Assembly: GCA_964016885.1 (NCBI GenBank)
Contig: OZ024741.1
Location: 127,348,001-127,412,000, forward strand
Reading direction: 5' to 3'
DNA: 64,000 bases
Source of the DNA: Eledone cirrhosa
Taxonomy: Eukaryota
Shown here: positions 1 through 13,671 of the stretch, piece by piece
Layout of the letters: the number at the start of each line of letters is the position of its first letter
How positions within the stretch are numbered: the first letter of the stretch is position 1
Notes under the pieces: model-generated
Told to the model about the DNA's origin: nothing
The model's database searches: none
The model's input: only the letters and a program-made list of their open reading frames with translations
Made by a program: the position numbers and the translations under genes

Positions 1-226
1 AAATTGATTGCCTTTTAAAATATTAACCCAGTACAGTTTATGGTTGGTGTTACGAATGGTACCCAGCTGTAGAAGCGATACCAAAATATGGAACATATCA
101 GTAAGACATGGTCTTCCAACTCATCTAGTCATGGGCTGTGCCATCACAGAAAAGGGATATGATCATGATGAGGATTATATTTTGAACATCATTAAGTTAT
201 GTTTCTATGGAAATAATTCACTAAGC

Positions 227-513
227 CAGTGATTCCCAACATGGGGCACATGCCTCACAGCGGGGCAAATTGGAAATGATGTTAAAGAGAACTTCAGGTT
301 TTACTTTTACACCAAAGCAACTTTGGTATGCATTAGTTGGAAACTCCTGTCTCACCTCCTCCACACATGTTATTGTGCATCTGGCACCACCTATATGCCA
401 ATTTGTTTACACTTTTGCAGTTGATCATCAGTTTTCATATCAAAATGAGGAGGTTGTAACAATATTTTAGATGTTGAGGTGGGGCACGGTGCACAAAAGG
501 TTGGGAACCACTG
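227..513. mobile_element. hAT (Charlie/Buster-type) MITE
   Basis: TIRs CAGTGATTCCCAAC / GTTGGGAACCACTG; 8-bp flanks CACTAAGC (219-226) and CACTAGGC (514-521) match 7/8, consistent with a hAT TSD. Confidence 0.8.
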
Positions 514-1909
514 CACTAGGCATTGATATGACAGTTGTAGTATTTTTTCCAACTCTCTGAGTTCAAATCCTGCCAAGGTCTTCTTTGTCTTTCATACCTT
601 TCAGAGTTGATAAAGTACCAATCCAGAGGTGGTAGCAGTGGATTAGTGAAATTGTTCAAGCATTGAACCTGTCACCTACTGTCACTGGAAAAGTAGTGAT
701 ATATCTGCCAGAAGTGGTAGACAACAGATAGTATCAACAATAGAAAGACCAATGGAAACACAATCTCCTTGGTTTGATTGTGGAAATTAGTTTCTCTCCT
801 CGTTTTCCTTTTATGTGTTTGTGTCACAACAAAAACCATTCAGTCCACCCTGTTAGATACTCATTTTCATGCCACAATAAAAAGCACACAGTTCACATTG
901 TAATTAGGTTGGTGTTTTATAAGGGCATCCAGCCATAGAAACCAACCCAAAATACAGGTTTCGCAAGATGCGGTCTCCTGACCTGACTTCTCTCATAACG
1001 TGACGAACCAAATAACCCATGCAAGCATGGAAAATGGACATATGATCATGATGATGATTCAAGTACTCTGTGGGATTTAGTAAAATAAGTTTCTTTCTTA
1101 AGCAGGTGTTTGTGACATTTTAAAAGAGGTTCTTATATAACATTATAATGAAAAGTTTCAGTTTAACCCTTTTAATACTGTATTGCTAATGAAAATTCAA
1201 ATAATGATTTTCAAGTAATTTTTTTAAATAATCAAGAATTTATTAATATAACTAACTTTCAAGGATTGATAAATAAGTACCAGTCAAGAACTGGGTGGGT
1301 GATTTAACTGACTTTCCCTTCATCCCAAATTGCTGGTTTTGTGTCTCAGTGAGAAAATATTATTAAGCTGTTGTAGGGTACTTACATAAAATTAGGGTGG
1401 AAAGTTTTAATAAAAAATACCTTGTGTATCCAGTTTAGAATAAGTTGTATCCCTGCATGTTTTAAAAAGCAACTAAAAGTGTTAATAATGTCAGGAAGGC
1501 ATCAAATTGTAAAACATTGCTTCAATAACCTCCTTGCCAACATGGAAACGATGATGATATTGTATTTCTTCATGTATAATACAATACTGGAGTACAACCA
1601 TGTCTATGTAAATAATTTTGTAAACTTGGTGGTTGTGAGGAGGTTTAGTGGGTGTCTAACATTGAAACATATATATGATCATGTGTGTATGTATACATCC
1701 TGTCCTCTTTTCCAGTGAGTTCGTGTTTCTGTTCTTTGTATCACAGTGGTTTCATTGTCAACTTCCATTGTTTTCATTTGTATATTAAGTGGTAGAAGAC
1801 ATGCATACTCCATCACACACCACCACAACAGATGGTGCTGGAGTTTCCCCTTTAATAATATTTGGGACAAGCCAACACACTTGCAGCATTGCAACAGGTG
1901 ATGGCAAAG

Positions 1910-2255
1910 CTAAGATGCTGGAATAACCAAGTACCCGCACGAGTATCACCTCATATACCAGTAAGGCTGAGTGACAGTGAGTATAAGATGCTGGAATAAG
2001 TAAGCACCCTTGCAAGCAGCATTTCATACGCCAGTGATAGTGAGTATAAGATGCTGAAATAAGTAAGCACCCTTGCAAGGATCCCCTCATATGTCAGTAA
2101 GGGTGAGTGATAGTGTGTATAAGAAGCTAGAATAAGCAAACACCCTTATGAGCATCACTTCATACATCGGTATGGCTGAGTGATATTGAAGTTATTATTC
2201 TGGAACAACCAAGCACTCTTTGCAGGTATTGCCTCATACAACGGCATGGCAAGTT
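1910..2255. repeat. Degenerate minisatellite, about 5 units of roughly 65-75 bp
   Basis: Recurrent TAAGATGCTGGAATAAGTAAGCACCCTTGCAAG...CTCATA...GAGTGA(C/T)AGTGAG motif. Confidence 0.8.
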
Positions 2256-2385
2256 GCCAGCAATGACAAGATTTCTTGTCAGTTACTTAAAATATAACAT
2301 TCATAGCTTACTTATTCACACACACACTTTGATGTGCTCCTGTTAAATAATTTCTATTTCTACAATGTAAAAGTGAAATAGTTTA

Positions 2386-2417
<32 letters not shown>

Positions 2418-3379
2418 TCTCTCTCTCTCATCATTGATTAATGTCTTTCTTCCACGCTAGCATGGGTTTGAGGCAAGTTGGGTTGGGTGACCATGTCTTG
2501 CTCATATAGGAGTGTTTCTGGCTGGATGTCCTTCCTAATGCCAACCACATTGACAGTATGTACTGGGTGCTTTTTGTCATGACATCTACACGATCACTTT
2601 ACAGTGTGGGCTGGATGTTTTATGGTACCAGCATTATATATATACATATAGTGGATTACCAGTACAGAGATAACAAGTTCAAAGCCCATTGTCAAACATT
2701 GAGTTCAAATCCCGCCGAGGTTGACTTTGCCTTTCATCCTTACGGGGTCGATAAAATAAAATACTGGGAAATTGCTGGCCTTGTGCCTAAAGTAGAAACA
2801 ATTATTTACATATTTGGGTTAGTTTACACATAGCTGTTGGTGTATTCTGAAGTTCATTTAACACTTAGGTGGTGGCAACTTGTATGAGAAAGGTTAGCTG
2901 GGGCAATATTCGTTCTGTTGCTGCTTTGTAGCTTTGAAATATTGCTGAGTGTACTACATGCATTTTATCATAGCATGTGCATTAACACTTTACAGAGTGT
3001 ACTAGGTGCTTTGTCTTGACACTAGCACTACCACTTTACAGAGCATACTGGGTGCATTATTATGGCACCAACACTAGGGAGTTTATGTACACAGCAGGGA
3101 TGAAATGTCTTCTTTACCTTATATTGTCTCTGATTGCTAACCACTTTACAGAATGTACTTGGTGCGTCCTATTGTAACTCCAACACAGCCATTTGAATAT
3201 CAAAATGTGTGAAAAGAACTCGCTCTTGTGAGAATAGACGTTTTTATATAGTACAAGATTTACAAGTTTGTGTTAAAAAAACTTTGGAAATAAATGTTTA
3301 TATTTTTTAACCCCTGATAAAAGATTCTGGCTAACTAATGTTGAAAAATGTATAACATTGATTTGTAGACCTTGTGATA

Positions 3380-3965
3380 TACAGGGTGGGTGGAAAGAAA
3401 TTCCCTATTACTGTGACTACTTGGGACAACATCAGTGACCTCATTCATACAAGATGGAGGCCCCTCCTTATTTTGCAGGCACTGTCCTTGAGTCGCTGGA
3501 TGTCCAGTTTCCAAGATGTTGGCTGGGTTGTCATGGTCCACATGAATGACCAGCAAAAAGCTCTGACATAACGCCATGCAGTTTTTCCTCTGTGCGGTGG
3601 ACAAGAAAAGGTTATAGCTCAAAAACTCTGACTCAATTAGAGGAATGCATTCATCATATATTGACCAACATACCAGAGACAATTACAAACACAGGTGGAT
3701 AATGCTGGTGCAATAATTGTGCTCTGATGTTGGGTTTGAATAGTTTTTAGGATTCCCCAGTACATAAAGAAAATAGTTACAACAATAAAAGGCTGAGCAG
3801 AGAACAAATTTTTTAACAAACTTTACAATATTTTGTACAACCATAATGGAAATTCCAAGTAACAGAAAATACATAAATTACATTGTTAGAGCCTCAGAGT
3901 ATACAATATTTTTTGTTCGTCTCAGGAGCAAAGATGAAGAGATTGTTTGGTGAGCTCACCCTAGA
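3380..3965 (+). mobile_element. Degraded Tc1/mariner-type element
   Basis: TA-CAGGGTG left end and CACCCTAG right end; internal remnant near 3530-3630 resembling the WP..SPD / FFLWG..K.KVY transposase segment. Confidence 0.45.
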
Positions 3966-4187
3966 GCATCCTACATACAATTGACCATGGGAGAAGCATG
4001 GTTTTCCCAGATGAAGGCCAGCCACTTTTAGGGTTTGACCCTGAGCTTTGTTGATAGTAATCTCGAAGTTTAGTCTCTCTGTTGCTCTAGTAACATTTTT
4101 CTTCTGGAAAATCTGATCTTGCGGCCAGGCTGGAACTTTTTGGGTGGCATATCGGCAGTAACAATGATGATAAGCCGTCTGTGCTTT

Positions 4188-4987
4188 CGTGAAATAAATA
4201 CGTTTGTTTATATTTTGTTTTTGTGTATGTAAAAATATCTGTACACGAATATATAATTATATATATATTAAAATAACAGATTAAGGTTTAAGCAAAGAAT
4301 CGCTTAATGGGATCTTCTGAAACTAAAGAAATCAATCTGTGAAGGCAGAAGTAAATATTTCGAAAAACGTTGCAACCAAAGGAAAATAGGAAGATGATAC
4401 TTTGGTTCGTGAAGATTTTCCCTGGCAATGAACGGAAAAAAGCGAAGATAATATGTCAGCAATGAGAACAATATTTGCTCTAGGGTTCTTATATATTTGA
4501 TATATATTTATCCTTATCAAGCCCTCTTTGGATCTTGGTCTTCACATTTATAATTATTACTAATTATATATATATATATATATAATTAATTATTGAGAGG
4601 GCATGCGATATCTTTGCACTGAATTAAAAGTTGGTTAGAAGCGAAGTCAATGCAGACAGATATTATAAGCGTGCGATGTTATAGCTATGTATCTCATGCA
4701 GACATACAGAGACATTATAGCTATGTATCTATCTAAAATGACAGACTAAGAAAGAGAGAGGAATCTCGTATAACCGGAAGTGTTGACATTTGAAAATTTT
4801 GAAGAAGTGAATATTTAAATAAACGATAAAATATCTTTCATCTTTTAACGAAATTTAGAAGACAAAAATAACCCCACTTTCTTATTTGGAAAAAATTACA
4901 TCTATGGTGCAAATTTGGTGCTTTTTGGTCCAGCCGTTTGGCGAAAAGTTTGTTACATACATACGGCCTTCAGCTTTATAATATAGA
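4188..4987 (-). mobile_element. Rearranged non-autonomous Helitron fragment
   Basis: 4188-4370 is the reverse complement of 33070-33280 and 4474-4518 of 34062-34107; the minus-strand 5' end reads TCTATATTATAAAGC followed by (GTAT)n. Confidence 0.7.
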
Positions 4988-4999
4988 TATATACATATA

Positions 5000-5610
5000 C
5001 CCACCTGCTAATTAGGTCATATAGATAGCAGAAGCTATTAACGACTTCTAAGGATCCTCCATATGATTGGAAAACATTTATATCACTGATACTCTTCCTG
5101 CTGGTTACCCCTGTGCATTTTTTACATACAAAAGTCTTCCCTGTTAGCCTACATCTCTTGTGTACCCAAGGTTTACATTGTGTACATCATGTAGAGTTTT
5201 TGCCTACTCCTTTCCTACATATTGAGCAGGGCCACTTCCCTGAAGGAATTGGGGTCCTATCTTCTTTCCTACTTACTAGCATTTTAATTTTGGCTAAGTT
5301 TACTCTCAGCCCTTTTTATTCCAAATTCTGTTTCTATAGTCGAAACTTATTCTCAAGTTCTTTTATGGATTCAGCTATAAGGACCAAATCATCTGCATAG
5401 AGAAATTCCCATGGACAGCCAGTTTTAAACTCTTCTGTTATGACATGGAGAACTATAATGAGCAGCAGTGGGCTGAGAACCAAACTCTGATGAACTCCTA
5501 CTGCACTTTACTGACAGCTCCTCTGTATATGGCTTGCACTGCTCTCACAAGCCATTTTCTTAAGGACTACCAGATAACAGCATGGTACTCTGTCAAATAC
5601 CTTTTTTAGA
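5000..5610 (-). pseudogene. RTE LINE RT fragment including the PHD-type finger
   Basis: Minus-strand translation gives GVHQSLVLSPLLLIIVL, GCPWEFLYADDLVLIAES, GKWPCSICRKGVGKNST*CTQCKPWVHKRC..FVCKKC and VVNSFCYL; paralogous to 10000-10660. Confidence 0.9.
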
Positions 5611-5772
5611 TCTATATATATATATATACATACACATAGTCTGTTCCAAAACAATGTATACACATTTCAGCATCATTCTAATAAATATTGCCTGTACATG
5701 TAATCAAAGTGTGTATACATTTTTGGGGGACTCCCTGTATACATATATATTTTGTTGGTTCTCTCAAAGTCA

Positions 5773-6147
5773 ATGACACACGACCGTGACTTCTGGCGTC
5801 ACGCAGTAATACAGGGTACCCGACCTCCCATGGGTACATGCTGAAGCATATAAACAATATGCCCCCACTCCCCCCACCGCAAGGTGGTCGTGGAGGTGCC
5901 ACGGCAAAAAAGCACCCAGCCCACACTGTAAAGTGGACGTGTAGGCGCCACGAAAAAGCACCCAGCACTCACTGTAAATGAGGTTGGTGTTAGGAAGGGC
6001 ATCCAGCTGTAGAAATCAAGCCAGATCAGTTCCTGTATGAGCAAGGCATGGTCAGCTGACCAGACACTGCCCACAACAGGACAACCCGTCTAACCCATGC
6101 TAGCGTGGAAGAACGGACGTAAAACGGTGATGATGATGATGATGATG
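5773..6147 (+). mobile_element. 5'-truncated RTE copy (ORF end, 3' UTR and (ATG)n tail)
   Basis: Near-identical reverse complement of 9176-9542; ends GGACGTAAAACGG(TGA)n. Confidence 0.9.
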
Positions 6148-6835
6148 AATGTGACGGTTCCAACAAGTAGTCCAATTGTTAGAACAATGGAATAACCTCC
6201 TGATGAATAACAGGCTATTTATGTACAAAAGGCTGAGCATTCCACAGACATGTGCAACTTTAACATAGTTCTCAGGGATATTTAGTATGCGTGTAAGGCT
6301 GATCCTTTGAACTATAGACACAAAACATTTTTAGTGAACTAGAGTAATGTGAAATAGTGTCTTGCTCAAGGACACATGCCACTCAGTCCAAGAATCAAAC
6401 TCACAACTTTACAATTGTGAGCCGAATACATGTTCTGCTCTATTTATTTAAAAAATATAGTATACTGATATTTTGAATTCTTGAAATTTATTTAAAAATA
6501 AAAAAAAGAATTCACTTTTATTTATAGTATTCATTGTTGCCAGTTTTCAAATCAGGTTTGCTACAAATACATAAATATGTATATTATTCTTGTCATTGTG
6601 CATACCTACATAGGTTCATATGTTTAGCTTTCTAATAGTTCATCTAGCTGGAGAAACCATGCCAAAAAAAGTTGAAGACTCTTCAGTTGTGTCAAAAGCA
6701 CAACAACCTATCTAGTGTTGCTGATATTATGGGCATTCAATCATAGGAAACCTGTCAAAAAGTACCAGGAGGACATTTCAGCTGTGTCAAAGGCGTGACA
6801 ATATCTTTAGTGCTGATCTGGTCCACTTTGTAGAG

Positions 6836-7018
6836 CAGGCATGTCAAACATGCAGCCCTTTACAGGCACACCTGCAGCCAGCACAAAGGTTTTTTACAGT
6901 GCGAGCATGTTTTATCTTCGTAATATATAAAATAATTAAAATATTAGTTGTTGTGTGTAGCCCTCAAACAACACATGACCCATGTGGCCCTTAGAGAACC
7001 CTCAGTTTGACATGCCTG
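6836..7018. mobile_element. hAT MITE
   Basis: TIRs CAGGCATGTCAAAC / GTTTGACATGCCTG; flanks TTGTAGAG and CTGTAGAG (7/8 TSD). Confidence 0.85.
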
Positions 7019-7699
7019 CTGTAGAGTGAGGAAACATATATGAGCAAGAAGCAGGCTCCTGGCCTATGATAAATCAGTAGTTCTGCTTAATTACTGATTT
7101 GGTCTGTAACAACCAGTCCAACTCTTGCTCCTAACTCTAAACCTAAATACATATATATACACACTGTAAATATGGTTGGTGTTAGGAAGGACATCCAACT
7201 GTAAAGTTGCCAGAGATGCTTCCGTGTGAGCGAGACATGATTCCCGACCATTCCCGCATCAAATGGAACAAAACCATCTAACCCATGTTAGCGTGGAAGA
7301 TGGACGTTAAACGATGATGATGATGATATATATATATCGGTTTTGGATGAGCAAGACATGGTCACCTGACCTGGCATTACTCACAACACAATAACTCATC
7401 TAACCCATTCCCACATGGAAAAATGGACATTAAATAGAGATGATGATGATATATATCTACACACACACAGTGAGTTTCTGAGTTTCTCTCGACCAAAATT
7501 GTGTTCACAATGCATTGGTCAACTTGGAGATATAGTAAAAAATACTTGCCCAAGGGGCTGCACATTGGGAGTGAATCTGAGAGTATATGGTTGGGAAGCA
7601 ACTATACAGCTATTTATTTATTTATGCTGTATCTTCAGAACTACTAATGTATGCTGTTTTTCCTGTTTATGTATTGGACCTCTATAGGTTTCGGTGACG

Positions 7700-7997
7700 A
7701 GTGTTCTATAAATAGAACCATTGGTTCATGAAATTAATTAATGTGCAAGTAGCTGAGCATTCCACAGACATGTGCACCCATAGCTTAGTTCCCAGGAAGA
7801 TTCAGCATGACGCATGATGTGATACGGCTGGCTCTTTGAATTAATATATGTACAACTCATCATGTTTGCCCCCTGAGTGGACTGTAGCAATATAAAATAA
7901 AATGTCTTGCTCAAGAACACAGCTTGTCACTAGGAATTGAACTTGTGACACTACAATCATGAGTCGAATACCCTAACCACTAAGCCATGCGCCTTCA
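7700..7997 (-). mobile_element. tRNA-derived CORE-type SINE, long tail variant b
   Basis: Minus strand has A box GGCTTAGTGG, B box GTTCAATTCC and CORE-like TTCTTGAGCAAGACATTTTATTT; tail shared with 57238-57515 and 6170-6430. Confidence 0.75.
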
Positions 7998-8952
7998 GTA
8001 TTTCCTATATGGGGCATGACTAAACATTTTATTTCATCTTGTGGTTTCAAACTAATAATCAGTTAAAACGACTGAGTAAAAAAAAGTTTAGCTTTACACA
8101 ATAATATATTTTTCTGACATACATGCTACCACCTGCCACCTTTTTAAAGCTATCACAATAATGATCATTCTTCTAAAGAGATGATTTTATTATTTATTTA
8201 TTATTTAATAAATAAAAAATAATAAATGAATTATTATTATTTTCTGATTTGTCTGATAGTTTCTTCTTTCTTTCTTTTCTGTCTTTGTTTCTATAACTAT
8301 TTTAAATGACTGCCTGGACAACATACAAAGTTATGTGCATACACACACCAATAATACTGTCACCTGCTTGTTTTATGTTTGAAAGTTTTTCATATCATAA
8401 GCACTATTTTCAGAAAATAGATATCTTCTTTTGATAATAAAAGATTGTTTGAGATGCAAGTATAGCTATGTGCTTAAGAAGTTCGCTTAACAACCATAGA
8501 GCTTGGGGTTCCATCTCAGTGTAACACCTTGAGCAAGTATCTTTACTAGCTGGTCAATGGCTTGAGTGAAATTTGCTAGGCAGAAATCATATATATAATG
8601 GTTTCTGATTTAGGCAAAAGGCCAACAATTTGAGGGAAGAGATTGATTAAATCGGCCCCAGTGCATTACTGGTGTTTTATTTTGTCGACCCCATAAGGAT
8701 GAAAGGCAAAGCTAACCTCAGCAGGATTTGAACTCAGAACATAACTGGCCACAACTCTATGCTATAAAGCAGGGTGACTGATGCTCTACCGATATTGCTA
8801 ATCCACTGGCCTTATATATATATATCATCATCATCATCATTTAACGTCCATCTTCCGCGCTTGCATGGGTATATATAATGTGTGTGTATATAATATAAAC
8901 AGGATATCAGGAAAAACTAGGCAAAACACATACATGTATATATTTTTAAAAA

Positions 8953-9169
8953 GAGTTGATCGACTTTCGTCAAATCCGACCGAGGAAACAAAGTTTTCAT
9001 CGGCCTTTCCAATTGCTAGTACTGTCTATCGGTCGCAACTCCAGATAGAAGGAGCAACGTGAAATAAAGTGTCTTGCTCAAGGACATAACGCATCGCCCG
9101 GTCCAGGAATCGAACTCACAACCTCAAGATTATGAATCCAATTCTCTAACCACTCAGCCACACACCTTC
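8953..9169 (-). mobile_element. tRNA-derived CORE-type SINE, tail variant c
   Basis: A box GGCTGAGTGG, B box GTTCGATTCC, TCCTTGAGCAAGACACTTTATTTCAC core and a GCAATTGGAAAGGCCGATG tail shared with 27171-27395. Confidence 0.8.
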
Positions 9170-9175
9170 AAAATA

Positions 9176-12100
9176 TCATCATCATCATCATCATCACCGT
9201 TTTACATCCGTTCTTCTACGCTAGCATGGGTTAGACGGGTTGTCCTGTTGTGGGCAGTGTCTGGTCGGCTGACCATGCCTTGCTCATACAGGAACTGATT
9301 TGGCCTGATTTCTACAGCTGGATGCCCTTCCTAACACCAACCTCATTTACAGTGAGTGCTGGGTGCTTTTTCGTGGCGCCTACACGTCCACTTTACAGTG
9401 TGGGCTGGGTGCTTTTTTGCCGTGGCGCCTCCACGACCACCTTGCGGTGGGGGCATATTGTCTATATGCTTCAGCTTGTACCCATGGGAGGTCGAGTACT
9501 CTGTATTACTGCGTGACGCCAGAGGTCACGGTCGTGTGTCATCGCCTTTGAGAGGTGTAATTGGGTAAGGTCGTCTTTTATCACCTCATCCCAGGTCATC
9601 TTGGGTCTCCCCACTCCGCGGTTTCCATCGACTTCTAGTGCTCTGCACCTTTTTATGCAGCTGTCATCCTTCATACGCATCACATGTCCATACCAGCGCA
9701 ACCGCCTCTCCTGCACACAGCATTTGATTCCTCTTATGCTCAGTCTCTCTCTCAATTCATTTATGCTTTGTCGTTCGCGTATATTACTGTTACACATCCA
9801 TCGGAGCATGCAGGCTTCGTTTCTCTCTAATCTACGTAAGTCTTCCACCTTCAGCGCCCAGGTCTCACTACCATGCAACATCGCTGTTCGGATACACGCA
9901 TCATACAGTCTGCCTTTCATTTTGAGGGAGAAGCTAGCAGTGGTAGTAGTTCCCTAAACTTCTTCCATCCCGTTCTTACCCTAGTTATTGTACTTTCTGA
10001 ACACCCACCTCCGCTGCTAATTCGGTCACCTAGGTAGCAGAAGCTGTCTACTGTTTCTACAGAGCCCTCCCAGAGATTGGTGGTACTTGTTTCCTGTGGC
10101 TATTTGCTGCTGCATGTGAAGCCTACATTCTTAATTAAGCTTCCTGAGATCCCGCTACATCTCTTGTGTACCCATTGTTTGCATTTGGGGCAGAGAATGG
10201 AGTTCCTACCTACATCTTTCCTACATACTGAGCAAGGCCATTTGCCTGAGGGGATCTGGGTTCTGTTTTCTCGTCTACTTACAAGGACCTTAGTCTTTGT
10301 CATGTTGACTTTGCGACCCTTTCTTTCTAGTCCCTGCTTCCAAGTTTGGAATTTCTTCTCTAGTTCTACCATAGATTCAGCTATAAGTGCGAGGTCATCA
10401 GCATACAGGAGTTCCCATGGGCATCCGGTCTTAAACTCCTCCGTTATTGCCTGCAGGACTATGATGAACAGGAGGGGGCTAAGAACAGAGCCCTGGTGGA
10501 CCCCAACCTGTACGCTAAATTCTTCGCTATACTCATTGCTAATCCTAACTTTGCTGACTACTCCCCTATACATGGCTTGTACCGCTTTCACAAGCCATTC
10601 ATCTACTCCTAGTTTTCTAAGAGCCCACCAGATTACAGCACGTGGAACTCTGTCAAAGGCTTTCTCAAGGTCGACAAATGCCAGGTAGAGTGACTTACTT
10701 TTAGCTAGGTACTTTTCCTGTAACTGCCTGACAAGGAAGAGGGCATCAGTGGTGCCTCTTCCTGGTACAAACCCAAATTGCATCTCGTCTATTTTCACCC
10801 GGTCCCTAATCAACTGTGCTATAACTCTTTCTGTTACTTTCATGACCTGGTCCATCAGTTTTATACCTCTATAGTTTCCTCTATCTAGTGCATCACCTTT
10901 ACCTTTGTAGCAGTTGACAATGATGCTACTGCACCAATCTTTTGGTATGACACCTTCTAGTATTACCTGGTTAACAATACGTGTGGTTATAGTGTGACCT
11001 ACAGACCCAGATGCCTTCAGCATCTCGGCAGCTATACCCGATGGACCGGTTGCCTTCCTCATCTTGATATCTTTGATTGCCTGACTTACTACGTTGCTGG
11101 TGACTTGTACTGCTGGCCCCTCTATAGGGTCTACTTGGGGTAGGGTCTCTTCTTCCCATGCATTCTCCTCATTTAGTAATCTATCATAATGACTCTTCCA
11201 TGCATCTTTCTTCTCAGCACTTGTGAGGGCAAGCTCACCTTTATCATTCCGGATACACTTCTCTCCAATGACATCACAACTCTCTCTGACACACTGCCTC
11301 GCAAACTTGAACACCTCCTGTTTCTGGTCCTCACGTTGCAAAACATGCTTGAATTTTCTATCCTCTGCTTCCCTCTAGCTAAGTATACTTGTCGCCTAGC
11401 TTCCCTCTTGGTCTCTATGTAATGTACCCTGTTCCCCCCCGTTCTTCCATTCTTTCCATGCCTGTCTCTTGGCCTTAACTGCCTCATCTACCTTATTGTT
11501 CCACCACCAAGTCACTCTCCTCCTGCTTGAGGTCTTACTCCAGCCACAGACCTCATCCGTCGCCTCTAGTAAGTTATTTTTTAGGAACTCCCAGTTCTCT
11601 TCTACATTGAATGTCTCTATCTGTTCTTCTTTACTGTCGTAGGCGTTGAGTAAAATATCTTTAAATCTGTTACTGGTTGAGGGGTCTTTCAGCTTCCACA
11701 TCTTTCTCTCCAGGTTGGCCTCTGTTTCCAGGTTCGTCTAGTTCTGACTGTAAGGTCGCTGACAACTAAGCTATGTTGGGATGTACATTCCTCACTAGGG
11801 AAGGCTTTTATGTTTACGACCGTCCATCTGTCACGTCCTCTGATGAGGATAAAATCTATCTGACTAGAGTGCTCCCCTGATCTATAGGTGATCAGGTGGT
11901 TGTCGGGTTTTTTAATGTTTGTGTTACATAACGACATGTCATTGGCGTCGCAGAATTCTAGAAGTCTGAATCCTTCCTTGTTTCTTGTGCCAACCCCATG
12001 GCCTCCATGTACTCTATTGAAGCCGTCGCAGTGTTTACCTACATGTCCGTTAAAATCTCCTGCAATGATTAGGAAGTCATTGTCGTCTGTTAGAGCAGTA

Positions 12101-12605
12101 GTGTGCATTAGGGACTCGTAAAACCTATCCCTAAGTTCGTCTGGCAGCCCCGATTGGGGTGCGTATGCTGATATTATTGTGGTAATTGTTTTATTCAGGA
12201 CTAGTCTGAGTTTAATGATTCTTGTATTTACCCTGTACACTGAGATTACTTTATCTACCCACTTGTCAGCTAGTAGTATACCTACACCACCCATCCCATC
12301 GTCATTTCCCACCCAGAAAAATTTGTAGCACCGACTTTTTCCTACAAGGACTCTAGCAGACTCTCCTCTCCATCTAGTCTCCTGCACACAGCATACATCA
12401 ATTTCCTTTCGCTCTAGCATTTCTACGATTACTCCTGCTCTTCCTTTCATTGTGCCTACATTGATGGTACCAACTCGGAGTTTTGGGCATTTGTCGACAC
12501 TCGTAGGGAAGGGTCTCTGGATTGGCGCTTCACATGGGTGCTTGGTAGCTCGCAGATTCATATTTCATCTATTAATTCAGAGTCGCTCAAATTTATTCTC
12601 AGCTC
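9176..12605 (-). mobile_element. Near full-length RTE-clade LINE (APE endonuclease plus RT); ORF disrupted by frameshifts and a stop
   Basis: ORF pieces 12561-11689 (APE motifs VQETRW, SAYAPQ, GDFNGH, SQIDFIL), 11701-11396, 11341-10100 (RT motifs NYRGIKL, QFGF, FVDLEKAFDRV, GVHQGSVLSPLLF, LYADD) and 9920-9471 (RLRWYGHVMR, GRPKMTW); 3' UTR ends in an (ATG)n tail at 9176-9196. Confidence 0.97.
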
Positions 12606-12635
12606 TATATTATATATATATATATATATTCTCAG

Positions 12636-12673
<38 letters not shown>

Positions 12674-12675
<2 letters not shown>

Positions 12676-13212
12676 CATCATCATCATCATCGTTTAACGT
12701 CCGTGTTCTATGCTTGCATGGGTTTGGACGGAGGGTTTTCCCACTTGAGGCAAGAGTGGTTATCTTGCTCGCATAGGACTATCTGGCAGGGTTTTCTACA
12801 GCTGGATGCCCTTCCTAACACCAACCACATTTACAGTGTGGGGCTGGGAGGTTTTTACCGTGTTGCCTACACGGCCACATTACAGCGTGAACTGTGTGTT
12901 TTTTTTTACGCGACACCTACACGATCTCATTTGTTTCGGCCTGGATGTTGTGGCACCAACATAACTTTACATTGAAAGGGGCGGTGTGGATGGGGTGGGG
13001 GTGGTGGGACGGGGGTGTATTTTGTTAGAGATGCCTACTGACTGTAGTACGTTTTACTTTGTATTTAGGTAAGGCGGGTCTTCTCTATTACTGAGTACTG
13101 CCAAAGGTCTCGGTCCAGTGACATTGTCTTGGTGAGGTGTGTGTGAGATCGGAATTTATCAGCTCGTCCCAGGTTTTTCTGGGTCTGCCTATTCCGTGGC
13201 TACCGTCTATCT
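12674..13212 (-). mobile_element. 5'-truncated RTE copy, second subfamily
   Basis: (CAT)n-CGTTTAACGTCC tail and a 3' UTR shared with 31381, 33652, 39781 and 40868; ORF end reads GRPRKTWDELI on the minus strand. Confidence 0.85.
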
Positions 13213-13671
13213 TTATATATATATATAAAATCATCATCATTTAACATCCTTTTCCATGCTTGCATGGGTTTGGTTGTTAGGTTATGAGACAAGTCAGGTC
13301 AGGTAACCCATGTTTTGCCCATAAGGATCTGTATTTTGGCTTGGTTTCTACAGCTGGATGCCCTTCCTAACACCAACCACATTAGTATGGACTGGGTGCT
13401 TTTTATCATGACGCCAAAATGACCACCTTACAGGGTTGACTGAGTGTTTTTGTTGTGGTACCAGGTCAGCATACAGGGTGGACTTAGTGTTTTTTGTCAT
13501 AGCAACGGCATTGTGGAAGATCAGATGTAGAGCATGTTTATATGCGTGGGTTGGGCATGAGAGGTACATCAGAGGTGAGGGTTTGATGGCGGGGACAAGT
13601 ATGCAAGTTCAACATGGATGAGGTGTGTGGGATACTTTTTTAATATATGTATGTGTCATCATCATTTAAGG

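Noticed and set aside
9601-12121. Plus-strand ORFs up to 203 aa
   Set aside because: Antisense shadows of the RTE coding sequence.
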